Shown here: piece by piece, positions 60,464 through 64,000 of the stretch
Position numbering within the stretch: the stretch's first letter is position 1
How the letters are laid out: each line of letters opens with the position of its first letter
Source: a bacterium
GTDB taxonomy: Bacteria; Desulfobacterota; DSWW01
NCBI GenBank assembly: GCA_040756235.1
Contig: JBFLZG010000111.1
Location: 21,349 to 85,348, forward strand
Length of the DNA stretch: 64,000 nucleotides
Direction: 5' to 3'
Translations under genes and position numbers: made by a program
The notes under the pieces: model-generated
Told to the model about the DNA's origin: nothing
The model's database searches: none
What the model saw: the letters and a program-made list of their open reading frames with translations, nothing else

Positions 60464-61408
60464 TCAATTTCCGCTTTTCGAAGGCTGATATCCGACGCTT
60501 TGTTCGTAGCGCTGCAAGACCTCCTCCTTTGGCAAGAAGGTTTCTTCAAGCTCACGATATTCCCCGAAACCTACAAAGGCATGGACATCGGCAATGGGAT
60601 GGCGTTGAAGACTCTTGCTGAACCGGATCATGAAATCGGTTTCACCGGTGCGGAGCTCTTTCATATAGTCGTAGACCGCCCGGGCGGCCGCCAGGAATGC
60701 ACCGATCGGATCGGCGATGAAGGCGACTCCGATTTCCTCGAGCTCGGAAAGGCTGGCTTTGGGCGACACACCGACCATGTTGTAGACGATCGGAGCGGGG
60801 ATTCTTTCCACGCACAGTCTGAGCTCGTCCAGCGTCAACACCCCTTCGGGATGAACCATATCGGCACCCGCATCGACATAGGCGTTTCCTCGCTGAATCA
60901 CATCTTCAATGGTGCCGCCTGGCGCGCCCCGTACATCGGTTCGAGCGACCAGCACCAGGTCCGGGTTCAGTGCCTTGCGGACCCTGTCTGCCGCCTTATA
61001 CTTCCCCACCGCCTCTTCCACGGGGATGACCCGCTTCCCAGCCACATGACCGCATCGTTTCGGGTCCACCTGGTCCTCGATATGGATCCCCGCCGCACCG
61101 GCCTGTATCAGCTCCTCGACCGTTCTCATGACGTTGATTGCATTGCCATAGCCGGTATCGGCATCCACGCTGACCGGTACCCGGACCGATCGGGTGATAT
61201 GCCGGGTCACCTGGACCAGTTCGGTCTGCGTCATCAGGCCCACGTCAGGTCTTCCCAAGAAAGCCGCCGACACCCCGAACCCCGTGATCCCGACCAATTC
61301 AAAACCAGCCATCTCGATGATTCTGGCCGTGAGCGCATCATGAGCTGCCGGGATCACCATCGGCTTGCCACGTTTGAGAAGCTTTCGGTATTTCTTTGCC
61401 CGCTCCAT
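60464..61408 (-). CDS. Isocitrate lyase/PEP mutase family C-C lyase (PrpB/dimethylmalate lyase-like)
   Basis: DADTGYG, IEDQVDPKRCGH, ARTD, AYVDAGAD. Confidence 0.93.
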   Translation of the reverse strand: MERAKKYRKLLKRGKPMVIPAAHDALTARIIEMAGFELVGITGFGVSAAFLGRPDVGLMTQTELVQVTRHITRSVRVPVSVDADTGYGNAINVMRTVEELIQAGAAGIHIEDQVDPKRCGHVAGKRVIPVEEAVGKYKAADRVRKALNPDLVLVARTDVRGAPGGTIEDVIQRGNAYVDAGADMVHPEGVLTLDELRLCVERIPAPIVYNMVGVSPKASLSELEEIGVAFIADPIGAFLAAARAVYDYMKELRTGETDFMIRFSKSLQRHPIADVHAFVGFGEYRELEETFLPKEEVLQRYEQSVGYQPSKSGN

Positions 61409-61452
61409 CCGTTCTCCTTTCGTCAGGTTTCTCCTTGCTCTCGCGCCGTGGG

Positions 61453-62286
61453 CTACTTGGCCAGAAAATCCATCACCACCCTGTTGAATTCTTCCGTCTT
61501 TTCCAGATTCGGGAAGTGACCGCAGTTTTCGAATACATAGAGCTCGGAATGGGGAATATTTCTCTGCGCGACATACGCATGCTTGACCGGAAGGCTCGGA
61601 TCCTCTCTTCCCCACGCGATCAAAGTCGGTATCTTGATGGAACTGAGCCTGTTGACAATGGAGTCGACGAGCTCCTTGCGAACACCTCCGAATCCGCAGG
61701 ACGTGATCAGCACTTTGGAGAAGGCGTTCATGGCCCCCTCGAGAGAAAAAATCTTGTGATAGTGATCGATGATCTCTTCCGTCATAACCGCCGGATCCAG
61801 GACAAGCCCTTTCATGTACGAGGAAAGAATCGTCCGGTTCTTCAGAAGCGACCATCTCGCGATGAAAGGAATCGAGGAAATGCGCAGCTTGAAAGGAACA
61901 TCCCGGCCGAGCCCGGCGGCGTCCTCTGGAACGAGCTTTCTTACTCTATGTGGATAATCGATCGCATAGCGGAGCACCAAGCCGCCCCCGAGAGAGACGC
62001 CGATCATGGCAGCTTGATCGATCCTCATTGCCTTCATGAAATGGTGCAGGTGCCCGATCATGTAAGAAATGGAGTAGTCTGAATCAGGCTTGTCGGTGAA
62101 TCCATGTCCGACAAGATCAGGTGCGTAGACCCGGTAGGCACGCGCCAGCACTTCGATATTCGGCCTCCATATTTCCTTGGATGTGCCGAGACCGTGTATC
62201 AGGACTACGCTGGGGCCCTGGTCTCCGGCAACCCAATAGCAAGTACGGATCTCGCCTGCATCGATGTATTTCTCTTCCATGCTCAT
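61453..62286 (-). CDS. Alpha/beta hydrolase (MhpC/BphD-like fold)
   Basis: IHGLG, PDLVGHG, GVSLGG, WGRED, CGHFP. Confidence 0.92.
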   Translation of the reverse strand: MSMEEKYIDAGEIRTCYWVAGDQGPSVVLIHGLGTSKEIWRPNIEVLARAYRVYAPDLVGHGFTDKPDSDYSISYMIGHLHHFMKAMRIDQAAMIGVSLGGGLVLRYAIDYPHRVRKLVPEDAAGLGRDVPFKLRISSIPFIARWSLLKNRTILSSYMKGLVLDPAVMTEEIIDHYHKIFSLEGAMNAFSKVLITSCGFGGVRKELVDSIVNRLSSIKIPTLIAWGREDPSLPVKHAYVAQRNIPHSELYVFENCGHFPNLEKTEEFNRVVMDFLAK

Positions 62287-62319
62287 GTTTCGCGCTTTCC
62301 GATTCGGATGAACTCTCGC

Positions 62320-63093
62320 TCATCTGAATTGCGAGAAGTACTTGTCAGCGACGTCCCTGGGAGGCATCTTGTACATGCTCTTTCGGCTTATCCACGGAAG
62401 CTTGGCCTTCTTCAGGCTGCCGAACAGCTCTGCATACTTCACGCTTGCAATGCAGGGATCGATCAGCGGGACACCATCTACCTCATGAATGTTATTGGCG
62501 GTGAGCACAGGCACCCAAGCCCAACAGCCAAGAACGATGACTTCAGCTCCGTCATCGATGCAGCTTCTTGCGGCATCCATGAAACCACTGATAATCTTCT
62601 GGGGGTCAACGGACGTCCAATCCATTCTCGGAATCGAGCGAATCGGCCGGCATTCGATCATCCTGTCGCGCAGGCCGTAGATGGCGGCATTTCTCAGGTG
62701 AATGTGCTGGATTTCATGATTGGGGACCACGACGGCAAATTTCTCCCCCATCGAACAGGCCAGATGCCATGAAGCTTCTGCGCTGCCGATGACGGGTATT
62801 CTCACGATGCCTCTTGCAGCCAGCAGGGACGGGTCGTAGAAACAGGCTGCGATCAGCGCGTCGGCGCCCTTTTCCTGTTCCTCATAGAGTCCCATGAGCA
62901 TCGTGGTTTCGCAGAACAGGTGGAAGCTGTAGTAATCCCCATCATCCAGATGGGTGAGCCCCTTCCCCAGTCCCTTGAAGTCGATCTCGGTATCCGGATT
63001 TTTCGCCTTTCCCGCGACGCCAAGTATCACATCCGCCTGCCCCAAGCTTCTGACGAGATCATCTGAAAATGCCCCCAGAATGGTAATCTTCAT
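62320..63093 (-). CDS. Asp/Glu/hydantoin racemase superfamily protein
   Basis: DALIAACFYDP..AAR..IPVIG.AEA and GAEVIVLGC two-Cys motifs. Confidence 0.88.
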   Translation of the reverse strand: MKITILGAFSDDLVRSLGQADVILGVAGKAKNPDTEIDFKGLGKGLTHLDDGDYYSFHLFCETTMLMGLYEEQEKGADALIAACFYDPSLLAARGIVRIPVIGSAEASWHLACSMGEKFAVVVPNHEIQHIHLRNAAIYGLRDRMIECRPIRSIPRMDWTSVDPQKIISGFMDAARSCIDDGAEVIVLGCWAWVPVLTANNIHEVDGVPLIDPCIASVKYAELFGSLKKAKLPWISRKSMYKMPPRDVADKYFSQFR

Positions 63094-63147
63094 GCTGCGC
63101 ATCCTCCTGTATTCGGTTTGGCTGAACGACCCCGGCCTGGGTCGCGT

Positions 63148-63933
63148 TCAGAAATTCTCCTGCAGGCTTCCATCCGCCGGCACGCGTCTCGCAAACCTCT
63201 GCACCTGAATCTTGTACTTGAAGAAGTCCGACCTCATGAAGATGTTGACGATCTCGAGAGGTTCGCCCGAGGAGTCCCACAACCGGGCCTGCACGAGGAA
63301 CAGAGGGGCGAAGACCTCTGCCTTCAGGACCCCGGCCACGTCCGGGGGGGCGGGCACGCTTTCCAGATAGGTCTCGTTGTCGCCGACCTGCAGCCCCAGC
63401 TTCGTCTCCAGGATCCTCTTGACGGGCAGCTTCGACAATTCCCTGAGGGTGAGCTGTCTGCCGATCTCGGGGCGAAAGAAGTTCTCGAAGAAGCTGACCG
63501 GAATCCCGTCGATGAAGCGGACCCTCCGAATGACGCACACCGGCTCCTGCCCGTCCATTCCGAAGAAGTCCCCGATGTGCCGCGGGATGCGCGTCTCGCG
63601 GATCTTTTTCTCGTCCACCCCCAGCGGCTTGACCTTGAACTTCTCCCATTCCTCCATGAAGCTCTGCAGATCTCCCGTGAAAACCAGATGCTTGCGCACG
63701 GGGACCTGTTGGGCCACGAAGACTCCCTTGCCCCGTTTCCCGGAGATGAGCCGTTCGGCCTTGAGGTTGGCCAGGGCGGTGCGGATCGTGATCTGGCTGA
63801 CTCGGAACTCGGCAGAGAGCTCATTCAGCGTCGGGAGCTGCTCGCCCTGCCCCAGTTGGCCTTTCACGATCTTGTCCCTGAGGACGGCTTCGACCTGGAC
63901 GAAAAGGGGGATCTTGCCGCTGTTGTCGGCCAT
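63148..63933 (-). CDS. GntR family regulator (HutC/UTRA subfamily)
   Basis: PLFVQ..LPT..EL...F.VSQITIRTAL..L..GKGVFV plus UTRA domain. Confidence 0.93.
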   Translation of the reverse strand: MADNSGKIPLFVQVEAVLRDKIVKGQLGQGEQLPTLNELSAEFRVSQITIRTALANLKAERLISGKRGKGVFVAQQVPVRKHLVFTGDLQSFMEEWEKFKVKPLGVDEKKIRETRIPRHIGDFFGMDGQEPVCVIRRVRFIDGIPVSFFENFFRPEIGRQLTLRELSKLPVKRILETKLGLQVGDNETYLESVPAPPDVAGVLKAEVFAPLFLVQARLWDSSGEPLEIVNIFMRSDFFKYKIQVQRFARRVPADGSLQENF

Positions 63934-63947
63934 GGCGCGTCCTCTTT

Positions 63948-63972
63948 GTATGTTCGTATGTTTGTATACATA
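63948..63972. promoter_or_regulatory. Putative GntR/HutC operator
   Basis: TATGT-TTGTAT-ACATA palindrome containing TGTATACA; GTATGTT repeats with an 8-bp period. Confidence 0.55.
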
Positions 63973-64000
63973 GCTCCATTTATGGAACTTCTAGCACACC

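Noticed and set aside
58516..61408. Assigning leuC/leuD/prpB symbols
   Set aside because: The catabolic context lacks leuA/leuB and prpC/prpD; substrate specificity cannot be read from the sequence

Overview
GC-rich bacterial chromosomal window. Gene content (DUF1329/DUF1302, DUF3786, DUF2148, NuoEFG-like module, GAF-type sigma54 activator) suggests an anaerobic deltaproteobacterium; this is inference. It holds about 43 CDSs covering housekeeping (FtsH, beta-CASP nuclease, LigD), nitrogen assimilation (amtB-glnK, NifA-like activator, FMN glutamate synthase-like gene), and acyl/aryl-CoA and redox catabolism. I found no rRNA, tRNA, CRISPR array or intact transposase. Main points of interest: (1) an uncharacterised cluster of two divergent DUF2148 Fe-S proteins, an internally duplicated 4-Cys protein, a PaaK-type CoA ligase and an OYE/Fe-S reductase; (2) an ANTAR-type dual-hexaloop plus terminator leader in front of the glutamate synthase-like gene; (3) a ~150-180 bp hairpin element family whose arms covary and whose central cargo is exchangeable, nested among several REP-like families; (4) a GntR-led catabolic cluster (racemase, hydrolase, ICL-family lyase, LeuCD-like hydratase, molybdopterin enzyme, OYE); (5) four collapsed gene remnants; (6) an orphan HydBC-like/short NuoG module; (7) a lipoprotein frameshifted at a G7 run. 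All family assignments come from motif recognition by eye, not database searches.
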